Origin: Tubulanus polymorphus
Taxonomy: Eukaryota > Animalia > Nemertea
Length of the DNA: 64,000 nt
Reading direction: 5' to 3'
Assembly (NCBI RefSeq): GCF_964204645.1
Contig: NC_134032.1
Coordinates: forward strand, 2,814,175-2,878,174
Shown here piece after piece: positions 20,531-33,000 of the stretch. The position numbers and the translations under genes were made by a program. The notes beneath the pieces are model-generated. The model saw only the letters and a list, made by a program, of their open reading frames with translations. It did not search any database and had not been told where the DNA came from. Within the stretch, counting starts at the first letter, position 1. The number at the start of each line of letters is the position of its first letter.

Positions 20531-23049
20531 AATTTTTGTTGTTGATTAGAAAAAAATGTGGTGAACAATACGATTCGTTAGAAATCAGCGTTAGTAATTC
20601 GGTGGGAGATCTTGCATGTGTGACCCCCAGGTATACGTATATCGGCAACCTCTTAGAGGGTATCAGGATCCCATCATCCCGCGCCGACATAATAGGGGCA
20701 TCATTCCGCGGATTTCTCCAAAAATTCATCATACGTTCGAATTAACAGAACGTGTTATTAAGGATAATGAAACGGAATGAGAGAAGTAAAGAAAACATAT
20801 GGTTGTGTTTGGTATTTTTTAACATTATCAGATGAGATAGTTTTGCTCTATCCATGATCTAACGAGCTCGTTTCTAAAACTAAACAGTCTATTGGTGGTG
20901 CAGTAATTGAATGTATATATCGCAAACCGTTCTAAGATTTTTCGGATTAAAGTTGCTTTATAAACGTATCATTTTAGTGAGGACCGGTAGAATATCTTAC
21001 TTCAAAAATGTTAGAATATTGCTTGAAGTTAGAATATATACAGGGTCAGTACAGCGGTGCTGGCAGTGCATTTTACGGTGTCCGTTGAACCGCATTATGA
21101 CAATATCTGTTTACATTGTGTCCTGTTATTGGGTTCGGTCTTTGAAATCATGTAATATTGTATTGTCAACCTGTTCTGAGGATTCATTCTTAACGCACGT
21201 TAAATTTACTATACACGCGCATTACGACCGGTCCTCAGGCGAGGTAAGGTGAGTTGAATCTTAAACGGGATTTCTTTAAAAATCTGAACCTTTTTTCGAA
21301 TACGAATGACTAATCGGCAGTTCACATTTCGGGGATAAAGACACCCTGTCCCGGGGGGGGGGTGGTCTCACTAGACTAGAGCATCAAACCTTTACGTACT
21401 TCTTACGCCTAATAGTTTGTGGGTCCATCTATATGGAAAATGTCTATACTGCTGTTGTTGCTGAAAATACCCACGGAAATTATGCCCTGGGTAAAAGTTA
21501 CCAGTCCTTAAAACTTTCAACAGATTTTAAATGGGTATAGTGTTCACAATAATCAGAATAGTTTAATGATTGTATCTACATGTACACTGTTAAATGCACA
21601 CGTATTTACGGTTTAGTGAAATGTAGAATATCGCTTTTGGGACGCGGTCCTATGTTTCACTGTGCCATTGTGTGTATTCGATGTCATATTTGATTTCCAT
21701 GGTTTACACTGTTCATATTGCAGTGACATATTGATATTGTTGCTTGAATAAATCTGTAAGCATTTGTAACATCAAATTGTAGGAATCAATTCTGTTTCTG
21801 GTCTCTCTAGTCAAACACCACGATCCTATATACGTTTTATATATTTTAGAGGCATTTGCGTTTTGGAATTTTAAGAGTAAGCTGGTTGTTGCTATGTTTA
21901 GCCGAGGCTCGGTGAGCAACTACTCTTTAAGCCTATTCAGGGAAGTTAGTCGACTTGCACTCTTAACAATGCCATTTTTAATTACAGTGTGTCACCTGTG
22001 ATGTGTCATCTTGCCTATAGCTGAACTCAGTAATTAGTAACCAATGGTACAGACATTTTTGAGTAATGGTTAGTGTGTTTGTGAAGGAGCCTCATTGCAG
22101 TTTTATACATTTCTTTCTCTTCAAGAACATCAAGAAGAACGACGTAAATCATAACATCATAGATATTATGATTTTTTCTTTAACTGAAAGGTGAGTCTAT
22201 TACTTAAGTATTTTGTTTCTATTTGACAAGGTCTATGTTTGGAAATAGGCCCAAAGTTTGTTCGTGTCAATCTTTCTATAAATACTATAATTAGGATGCC
22301 TTCTTATTAAAATATCTAAACGAAGAAAGTTCCTTCTCAAGGCCCTCGAACCATAGTTACCAGAAAATTAATCATCTCTGTATGATATTTAACCTATAAC
22401 ATAACCTTTTGTCATACTCTTATTCCGCAGTCGTCAGTAGAATGCTTTCTGTAAAACTATTGTAAAACTATTTTTTCCCATCAAACCAGTTTGTACAACT
22501 GTGATGAGGAATAAATATATACTATACTATACTAGTATAAATACTGTTGAATGCTGTAATATCGCATGATATACCCGATGAAACAACTAAACAATAGTCA
22601 GAGCTCGTCCTTTGAATTTGGATACTAGATTACGGCATATCTAAAAACCACCTCAGTAGGCCTAATTTGTAATATTATACGGCATTGTATAATATAGGGA
22701 AATAGCTAATCTTTTTTTTTTCTTTTAATAACTAATATTCAATCATTGGATTCAAGTATACATAATATACAGGCGCTATATGTTTTTTTGGTCGATAAAA
22801 AGAATTCTTTTTAGAAATATTCTTCGGTAGAGTGTTGAGATTTTTTTCTATGACCACAATTAACGATCAATCACATTTTTTTCAAATAATTATTAAGCAC
22901 TGTTTTCAGAAACAAATATTTTACCCGGTGAAATTTACCATACATTTCATCAGTAAATACATTAAGAGCAGTAATGTTATGAAATGAACATGAAAAATTG
23001 CTCTTTTATGACGAAATGTAATCCTTTAATTTGTGTAGGTCCGAAAAGT

Positions 23050-26000
23050 GACTTATATCCTGGTCACGGCACCATGTGGGATTTCTGGTGGCAACAATAG
23101 ATTATCCACTGGTACCCTCGGCTCTCTTCCATATAGAAGAGAGAGAAAGACGATAACTTTGTCGCTTCGCTTGGTGCAACTCGATAAGCAAACAAGGCCG
23201 CTGGAATATAGACATCCCAATCATTTTGCCTTACATTAGCAGTGAGACGCGTTGCAAGGGTGGAATTGAATTTTTCCACTAGGCCATCGCATTGCGGTCT
23301 GTAACTGCTGATATGTGTCTGAGATTTTTTCAAATTCTCACAGAGCACTTCCACGATTTCTGTCAGAAAATTGGCACCTCTGTCTGAATGCAGTACGCGA
23401 GGGCAACCATGGCGGCATACTATGTGGTCGAATAGTAAATCAGCCGTGGTTTCTGCGGTTATATTTGGTACGGCGAAAGCTTCGGGCCAACGAGTCGGTA
23501 TCTGCTAATATCCTGACATTAGATCGCAACACGTAAAGTATTGTGCCGATGCCTCCCCTAGTGTATCGAGGGTGTCATCTATCCTAGGTAAGGGATACGA
23601 GTCTTTAATTGTCGCTTCATTTAATTTGCTATAATCAACACAGAATCTATACGAGCCATCGGACTTTGGTACTAATACTGTATGTGAGGCCCTTGCGCTA
23701 GAACTAGGGCGGATGATTTTTGAATTTAGCATGTCCGTTACAAGTTTGCATTCTATTTTCCTCATAGGAGGTGCCCTACGGTATGGTTGTTGTTTTATTG
23801 GCTTTTGGGTTCCTACGTCGATTTTATGTTCCTCTTTAAAAGTTCAGCCTAATTCGTCGTTAGTTTTTGCAAATGTGTCCGAAAATTAATCGATGAGTGT
23901 TTTGAGTTTTTCCTTTTGAGAATGATTTAGATCGGTTTCGTCTAATTAAATATGATTAGATTGTTTGAACTCCCCAGCTGCTTGTTCGGTAGCGGCATCT
24001 GTCTTGTCAAACGAGGAAGATACTTCGGGGGTAATCGGTATCAGATGAGCTAGGGTTAAATATTTCGGCAACGTTTGGGGTTCCTTATTCATGTTCTTTA
24101 TTGGTACAGGGACTTTCCCCTGTTCTAGGGTGACTAAAGCCCGTCCAGGTAGAAGACCGATGACCTGAGAAGGAAATGCCTTGTTGGGTTCAGCGAGGAC
24201 CGTGGTACCGTTCTTTACCATTCACGTGTGCATAATCTTCTGTGATAATGCGGGTAAACTTATGTTGTTGATGTTATGTACTGATTTTGCCCCATTGATA
24301 GCTATATTTTTCTGAAGCTTGATTGGCTTGCTACCATTTAGACATAGGGTTTCCTCATTGTAATTTACGATAGCACCATTAGTGTTAAAAAAATCGAGAC
24401 CCAATATGAGTCGATATTCTTGTGGTCGTGCCACATAGACCGGTTGTATTATGTCAACTTCGCCAAGACTAATGGGTACCTGGGCTAAGCCAAGTATTTC
24501 TATTTTACTACAATTAGCTCTGTTAGCGTGATTGTATTTGCAGGGTTGTAATTCAATAGCTCGTATTTCCGATATCTGATTAAATAATTCCTTGCTCATC
24601 ACAGAAATGGCGGCACCACTATCGATCAATGTAGTGACGGGTGTGAGTCCATCAACTTTGGAATTGACCAGGTTGCCAATTGATGACAATATAATTAATC
24701 GGATTTGGTGTTTCGTCACGATTTTTTGTTATTTACCCTAGTGTATCTACTAGACTTTTTATCTGGTCGTTATAGAACTTCTTTTTATTTTCAATCAATT
24801 GTTTTGGTTGGTTTCAGCGACCGACTATATTTTTGTTACTGTGGGATCGGTTTCTGCACGATGTGGGATCTATTCTATATTTTCTACTACTTCGTTTGGA
24901 ACCGTTTGGCCCTATAGGATGGGTTTCTGCTCCAGTAGTTTTGATTATACTGGATCCGCCTAAACCATCGACTTGGTCCAAACTTTTCGAAGCTTTGGTA
25001 GCCTCAATGGAATGATTTTCTATAATCTCGCCAAAAGTTCCAAAAGGGATAGTTTTGATTATATCACCGTTGTTTGGAGAACTTGGAGAGTTTGTTGTGG
25101 ATATAATTTTGTAGCTGGCGTGAGATTCAGGTCCTTTTGAAATTGCTGAGTTGTTGATGATTTGTTTTAGCTCAGAGTGGGACCTGTCAGCCTGAGCTAT
25201 CGGCCGTTTCCCGAATTTGTGCTTTGGTTTCTTGGTGTACGTTTGAGGTGCTGCTGCTTTAGTGGAGGTGTCTGTTCGATAGCCAATTTCACGACATTTA
25301 CTACAATACGGTTTCGCGAGACATTCGTTTTCATAATGTCCCATTCGACGGCAGTTTTGGCAATGGGTCGACTTTTTCTGCGTGAATGTATTTAAGTTAG
25401 TAGCAGCATCGCACATAATTGGTGTCATTTGATTTAGCTTTTCTAGCATAGGTTCTAAACGTGTGAGGTGTCTTTGAGGGATGCTATTGATATGGGAGTC
25501 GAAGTGATATGTGTGTCTACGGTGTTCACGATTTGTCTGACATTCCTTGTTTCGAGCCATTGCGAGAGTCTGTTCAAAGTTAAGTGGATTATGCGGCATT
25601 AAAAACTCCTTTAGGATAGCCTAAAGCCCACTGACGAATACGCTTAGTTTTACTTCTTCCGGTACATTGCAACGCCTGGCCTCTTTGTTTATGGTTTTGA
25701 TGAATGTTTCGAGTGACTCTCCGGGCTGTTGTTTAATGTCAATGAATTCGGTGAGGCCGAAATTTGCATTTTGTTGGGTAAAAGATTGTGTGAGATGTCC
25801 TAATAGCCTCATACGTCGGTAGAGCTGTACGGTCAGTTTTCTTTTTGTGTATGTAAACTGATCTGGCTTTGCCAGTCAAATTCGTTGTCAGAAATTTCTT
25901 TTTATAGAAGCAGGCACCTCGAAGGTTTCAATGACCTCTTCGAAATGATCAAAAAATTCTTCAACTGAGATCTCGTCCTCCCCGTTAAATTTCGGCAGTT

Positions 26001-26240
26001 GTGTCAAGATCGTTCGAACTTGGGTTTCGTGTAGAATATCTGGTTTCAATAGTGATGTGTTCATTTGTTGATGAAATGGTTGTAATAACCGTGGCGGTTG
26101 TATTACTATTTATACTTGTATTAATATTTATAACGCGCAAAATATACCCGGAAATAAAACCGATGGAATTGAACCGATCCAACTCGGACCACCGTTCAGT
26201 CATGAGACCAGGTGATTGCGAGCTTCACGGATCTAGACAT
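23050..26240 (-). mobile_element. Decayed Ty3/Gypsy LTR retrotransposon (gag, protease, partial RT, integrase core)
   Basis: Gag LPKFNGED and zinc knuckle CQNCRRMGHYENEC; protease LIDSGA; RT YRFCVDYSKLN...YPLPRIDD...DLMSGY; integrase HSDRG...YRPQCDGLVEKFN. LTRs not identified. Confidence 0.9.
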
Positions 26241-26242
26241 AC

Positions 26243-26983
26243 TTACTTAACTTTCTGCATCATCTTGTCAATGGTGTGCCTCAGGTCACGTTCCGGTAAT
26301 TTATTCCGCACCGCTTTCTTCTTATCAACACGTGACTTCTTGGGCTGCTTACCCAAGGGTACTGGCACGGGCTTATGTGAGGGAATCGACACGGGCATAA
26401 TTCGTTCCATAGCTGGAACCATCGAAGCGATTCGTGTGAATGAAAAGCGAATCGCTAAGTTGGTCCTTAGCTCTCTCCGAAAATATGCCCGTGCATATTT
26501 GGCAAATCCTTAAACACCCTGACGATTCAGGTGCAATCTATCTTTCGCAAACAGTTCGGGTTTTACGTTCGATTTGGCTAGGAAGAATCGATACCCTCGC
26601 ATGAATCGTATCTCGGCTCCGTGCGATTTCACCTTCTTCGCGACGTGTTGATTGACACTGACGATTTTGTCACCGGTTTTCTTTTCGTCGATTGGTCTGG
26701 GTAGAATTGCAGATATCAAAACGCAGCGGCAACCTTTTCCCGAAAACCTTGTGGCAATAGCCATGATATTGTTTGCTTTGTCTAAAGCCGCAAGATTGCC
26801 GTTTATATCGTTGGTCCCAACATTTAGAACAATGTAATCATACTGGCAACATAATCCAAGCTGGTCAAAGTTATTTTACATTTTCTCGTAAGTAATACCC
26901 CGGTGTGCTTGGACATCGACGTCCAAGCAGCTGCCGAGAAATTTCAACATCGAGTCACACCCAATACTACACGAAGCAGACAT
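26243..26983 (-). pseudogene. SGNH/GDSL hydrolase-like ORF immediately upstream of Gypsy gag (copy 1)
   Basis: One frame with two internal stops (26876, 26510): IGCDSM, HRGIT, VLNVGTND, ISAILPRP, KDRLHLN = SGNH blocks I, II, III and V. Confidence 0.8.
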
Positions 26984-29358
26984 GTTTATGAAGTTTGGCC
27001 TGGTGGTAGCTTGTCGAGGTCTATATACACCCGAAACGCGGATAAGTAATGTATGCGTACAATCTGTGCATTGTTCTCAAGTAGTCATCTACTCGAGGCT
27101 GATTATGCTAATTAACAATATCATTGACTGGTGACGCGCAGATGTCACTAATGCTAGTGGCGCCATGGGACTAGTAATTGTACTATTTCAAAAATTATCC
27201 AATGCAATCCAAACGGCCCTTTAACTACAACACCTTCATTGTTTAATATTAGTTCCATTTTGTTTTCACTAACAAAACGCCTTTTCTTGTTTGTGATTCT
27301 ATTCTGCAATCGCTTATTGAACACCTTTCAAGAATGATGAATTCGATGATTTAAATTTTGAATTTTAATATTTTTGAAATTGTAATTGTAATTTTTATTT
27401 TATCACTGTGTCCCGATTGAAAATGATTTTAAATCTGGAGCCCAACCGGGAACCTGGGGCCAGCTTCATGGGGGTGGATCGGGTACCAATTTGTTTCAAA
27501 ATCAGCATATGACGTATACTATTGCACCTTAAAGGGTGTGAGGTAAGCACACCAATTGATCTTTACAATTTTCCTCTCAATGTGGCCCGCACACGAGAGT
27601 CATCGTACGGTCTTCTCGTATTTCATTTTAACCGGATTTGGATATTTTTTTTTCTACGTCTGTTATGAGTTCAGCTTTGCATTTGTGAACAGTAAATTGC
27701 ATCCACATTTCCATTTTATTGCATGTATATTTTCTCCAGATATTTCTACTTGGTGATTATTGATAACTATATTTCCTACTGTATGGTCGAATTCTTTAGT
27801 TTATCAGCGTGTAAATTATATTACCGCATCGAAACTTTCATCCCTGACTATCCCTTAAGAAAGTAGACCATTACAGAACGTGTGTCGAGTTGATAAAGTT
27901 GACATTAGAAATAGATTCATTGTTTGTGACGATTTCATAATGTGGATGTAGTCGCATGTTTCAGATGCAGTTTTTCGATGTCCAAATATTTCAAAGTCGC
28001 AATCATTTGGGAGAAAATAGAGTCCCATCTTGAGGAACAAATTATCTATTCATCTGAACTTTTCTATCGGACGCAACCGCATATAGTATCTTATTCTGCC
28101 TGTCAAATCTGTCCTAAAATAGGATAAGATAATTTTTAAGAGGATGGATCCTCAGATAATGGTCTTATGCTGTTAATACTAGGCCCAAGTTCTAACTCCT
28201 CACTTTCTTAGAATTCCTTGACGTAACGTTCCTTCTCTCATCGATCATTTGAAATGAGGCCATCCACTAAATTCAGTTTTGACCTATTGGCGTTTTTGAG
28301 ACGTGGAAATGCATTTCGTTAATAATCCCATTTCTAAGTTAGGCCAGTGCCAGATTTCATGCTTTCGGATTTTGTACCCCACTTTAACAGCATTTTTAAT
28401 TGTAATCAACACCCTCGCCCTACGGTTGTCTCTCCGTATCGCTGTGTTTGCAGTGTTACTTTTGGTCTCTGACAAATTTCGAGCAATAGAAAATGAAACA
28501 ATTCTTCCCCAGTCCATCGTTCGGCTTTCTATGGTGGCATTTCGCAAACTGAAAAGAACTGGCCTCTTTTTATCGTACGCGCTGGTAAATTATTTACTAT
28601 TGAATCGAACGAATCTCTATTTCCGTCGCGTATTCCTCTCACAGCTCCGGATAAGGTCTCGTATTATGTGATTCTCCTTACGTTATCGTTACGTCGATAG
28701 TTAACCCAAATGAATATATCACTTCACAAGCCAATGCGGATGATATGCTTTTTAACTCGCAACTCGATCCGATGTCGCATCCAATTAATTCCAACATTTT
28801 TAGTGTAGGCACGAAATTCGTGGACGCCTGCAAGAAAGAATGTATTTACGAAGTACGTGTCGTCTTTAGAACTCGTGGTTGTTAGCTGATTCGAAGCGAA
28901 GTGACTATAACCGCCAGACGAGTATCGATATGTTTAAATAAGTTACAAGTTACAAGTTTGCTTATTCATCACAATCGAGTGACATGATTGTCAATGAACA
29001 ACGAACCAGTAGAAAATTTATAGAAGCAGGCACCTCGAAGGTTTCAATGACCTCTTCGAAATGATCAAAAAATTCTTCAACTGAGATCTCGTCCTCCCCG
29101 TTAAATTTCGGCAGTTGTGTCAAGATCGTTCGAACTTGGGTTTCGTGTAGAATATCTGGTTTCAATAGTGATGTGTTCATTTGTTGATGAAATGGTTGTA
29201 ATAACCGTGGCGGTTGTATTACTATTTATACTTGTATTAATATTTATAACGCGCAAAATATACCCGGAAATAAAACCGATGGAATTGAACCGATCCAACT
29301 CGGACCACCGTTCAGTCATGAGACCAGGTGATTGCGAGCTTCACGGATCTAGACATAC

Positions 29359-30099
29359 TTACTTAACTTTCTGCATCATCTTGTCAATGGTGTGCCTCAG
29401 GTCACGTTCCGGTAATTTATTCCGCACCGCTTTCTTCTTATCAACACGTGACTTCTTGGGCTGCTTACCCAAGGGTACTGGCACGGGCTTATGTGAGGGA
29501 ATCGACACGGGCATAATTCGTTCCATAGCTGGAACCATCGAAGCGATTCGTGTGAATGAAAAGCGAATCGCTAAGTTGGTCCTTAGCTCTCTCCGAAAAT
29601 ATGCCCGTGTATATTTGGCAAATCCTTAAACACCCTGACGATTCAGGTGCAATCTATCTTTCGCAAACAGTTCGGGTTTTACGTTCGATTTGGCTAGGAA
29701 GAATCGATACCCTCGCATGAATCGTATCTCGGCTCCGTGCGATTTCACCTTCTTCGCGACGTGTTGATTGACACTGACGATTTTGTCACCGGTTTTCTTT
29801 TCGTCGATTGGTCTGGGTAGAATTGCAGATATCAAAACGCAGCGGCAACCTTTTCCCGAAAACCTTGTGGCAATAGCCATGATATTGTTTGCTTTGTCTA
29901 AAGCCGCAAGATTGCCGTTTATATCGTTGGTCCCAAAATTTAGAACAATGTAATCATACTGGCAACATAATCCAAGCTGGTCAAAGTTATTTTACATTTT
30001 CTCGTAAGTAATACCCCGGTGTGCTTGGACATCGACGTCCAAGCAGCTGCCGAGAAATTTCAACATCGAGTCACACCCAATACTACACGAAGCAGACAT
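29359..30099 (-). pseudogene. SGNH hydrolase-like ORF (duplicated copy 2)
   Basis: Copy of 26243-26983 inside the 3116-bp duplication. Confidence 0.8.
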
Positions 30100-33000
30100 G
30101 TTTATGAAGTTTGGCCTGGTGGTAGCTTGTCGAGGTCTATATACACCCGAAACGCGGATAAGTAATGTATGCGTACAATCTGTGCATTGTTCTCAAGTAG
30201 TCATCTACTCGAGGCTGATTATGCTAATTAACAATATCATTGACTGGTGACGCGCAGATGTCACTAATGCTAGTGGCGCCATGGGACTAGTAATTGTACT
30301 ATTTCAAAAATTATCCAATGCAATCCAAACGGCCCTTTAACTACAACACCTTCATTGTTTAATATTAGTTCCATTTTGTTTTCACTAACAAAACGCCTTT
30401 TCTTGTTTGTGATTCTATTCTGCAATCGCTTATTGAACACCTTTCAAGAATGATGAATTCGATGATTTAAATTTTGAATTTTAATATTTTTGAAATTGTA
30501 ATTGTAATTTTTATTTTATCACTGTGTCCCGATTGAAAATGATTTTAAATCTGGAGCCCAACCGGGAACCTGGGGCCAGCTTCATGGGGGTGGATCGGGT
30601 ACCAATTTGTTTCAAAATCAGCATATGACGTATACTATTGCACCTTAAAGGGTGTGAGGTAAGCACACCAATTGATCTTTACAATTTTCCTCTCAATGTG
30701 GCCCGCACACGGGAGTCATCGTACGGTCTTCTCGTATTTCATTTTAACCGGATTTGAATATTTTTTTTTCTACGTCTGTTATGAGTTCAGCTTTGCATTT
30801 GTGAACAGTAAATTGCATCCACATTTCCATTTTATTGCATGTATATTTTCTCCAGATATTTCTACTTGGTGATTATTGATAACTATATTTCCTACTGTAT
30901 GGTCGAATTCTTTAGTTTATCAGCGTGTAAATTATATGACCGCATCGAAACTTTCATCCCTGACTATCCCTTAAGAAAGTAGACCATTACAGAACGTGTG
31001 TCGAGTTGATAAAGTTGACATTAGAAATAGATTCATTGTTTGTGACGATTTCATAATGTGGATGTAGTCGCATGTTTCAGATGCAGTTTTTCGATGTCCA
31101 AATATTTCAAAGTCGCAATCATTTGGGAGAAAATAGAGTCCCATCTTGAGGAACAAATTATCTATTCATCTGAACTTTTCTATCGGACGCAACCGCATAT
31201 AGTATCTTATTCTGCCTGTCAAATCTGTCCTAAAATAGGATAAGATAATTTTTAAGAGGATGGATCCTCAGATAATGGTCTTATGCTGTTAATACTAGGC
31301 CCAAGTTCTAACTCCTCACTTTCTTAGAATTCCTTGACGTAACGTTCCTTCTCTCATCGATCATTTGAAATGAGGCCATCCACTAAATTCAGTTTTGACC
31401 TATTGGCGTTTTTGAGACGTGGAAATGCATTTCGTTAATAATCCCATTTCTAAGTTAGGCCAGTGCCAGATTTCATGCTTTCGGATTTTGTACCCCACTT
31501 TAACAGCATTTTTAATTGTAATCAACACCCTCGCCCTACGGTTGTCTCTCCGTATCGCTGTGTTTGCAGTGTTACTTTTGGTCTCTGACAAATTTCGAGA
31601 AATAGAAAATGAAACAATTCTTCCCCAGTCCATCGTTCGGCTTTCTATGGTGGCATTTCGCAAACTGAAAAGAACTGGCCTCTTTTTATCGTACGCGCTG
31701 GTAAATTATTTACTATCGAATCGAACGAATCTCTATTTCCGTCGCGTATTCCTCTCACAGCTCCGGATAAGGTCTCGTATTATGTGATTCTCCTTACGTT
31801 ATCGTTACGTCGATAGTTAACCCAAATGAATATATCACTTCACAAGCCAATGCGGATGATATGCTTTTTAACTCGCGACTCGATCCGATGTCGCATCCAA
31901 TTAATTCCAACATTTTTAGTGTAGGCACGAAATTCGTGGACGCCTGCAAGAAAGAATGTATTTACGAAGTACGTGTCGTCTTTAGAACTCGTGGTTGTTA
32001 GCTGATTCGAAGCGAAGTGACTATAACCGCCAGACGAGTATCGATATGTTTAAATAAGTTACACGTTACAAGTTTGCTTATTCATCACAATCGAGTGACA
32101 TGATTGTCAATGAACAACGAACCAGTAGAAAAAGAAAACAATATATACATATATACAATACCAGAATTACTAAAATATTTACCAAGAAAAAGTCAATGAG
32201 ACAAGTACCATACTGTACAAATGTAACTTCAGGCATGTTGGCTTTCTTTCTAATGTGCGAGTGTTGCAACATTTCTGCAGTTTTAGAAGGTATCCATTTT
32301 TTTGCTTCATTAAGAGCCAATATCACAAAGTTAGAACAATCTATCAAGTAGTCTTTGACGGTGCTTGCTTTGTTTTTCCCCAACATCGTGTGTAAACATT
32401 TTACGTCCACGTTTCTCATTTTCGCTGGCGAGTTAACTGTCAAGATTTTTACATAAGCACGCATCACCATTTCAATGTCCCTTGCCCTTTTATCTGCAAA
32501 TGATCCTTCTTGGTCCCGCCTCCAAATGATAGGACCAATTCCTATATAGCTCAACTTCTCTCTCGTTGAGATGTATAAAACTGTTTTCAATCCATCTATG
32601 GTTCAAATTCCTTTTCCAAGAAAGAGGAATGCTAACAAATGCCGGCTATACATTTTTTAATTCAATTTATTTCATATCCGTACATAATATGGACTTTTCA
32701 TATTTGCTTAAATAAAAATCGATCCTCCAGATTTTTGTGAAAAAAATCAACATTTTGCTTCTTGTTCTGGGCTCCATTCTCAGAAATGGTTGCCTTCAAC
32801 ACCACTGTGCGAGAGATATCGGTAATACTGGTCGGAAAACGGATACGGTACTGGTGGCTTTTGTTTCACTCGATGTCCCAAGTATATATTCTAATGATCT
32901 GTATGGGTAGAACGGTATATTTTCAAAAAGTTATTTCGACCTAGGCTGAAGGCGCATTTGTATAAATAATTTTCTTTAACGATTTCGATATCCTCTTCGA

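Larger units (their letters stand above)
25900..32131. repeat. Near-identical tandem duplication, unit 3116 bp (junction ~29015)
   Basis: ORF pairs offset by 3116 (25985/29101, 26510/29626, 28303/31419); only scattered substitutions. Confidence 0.97.

Noticed and set aside
27100-27560. Primer-binding site and 5' LTR of the Gypsy element
   Set aside because: Several TGG-starting candidates exist, but none could be matched confidently to a tRNA 3' end and no LTR pair was found.
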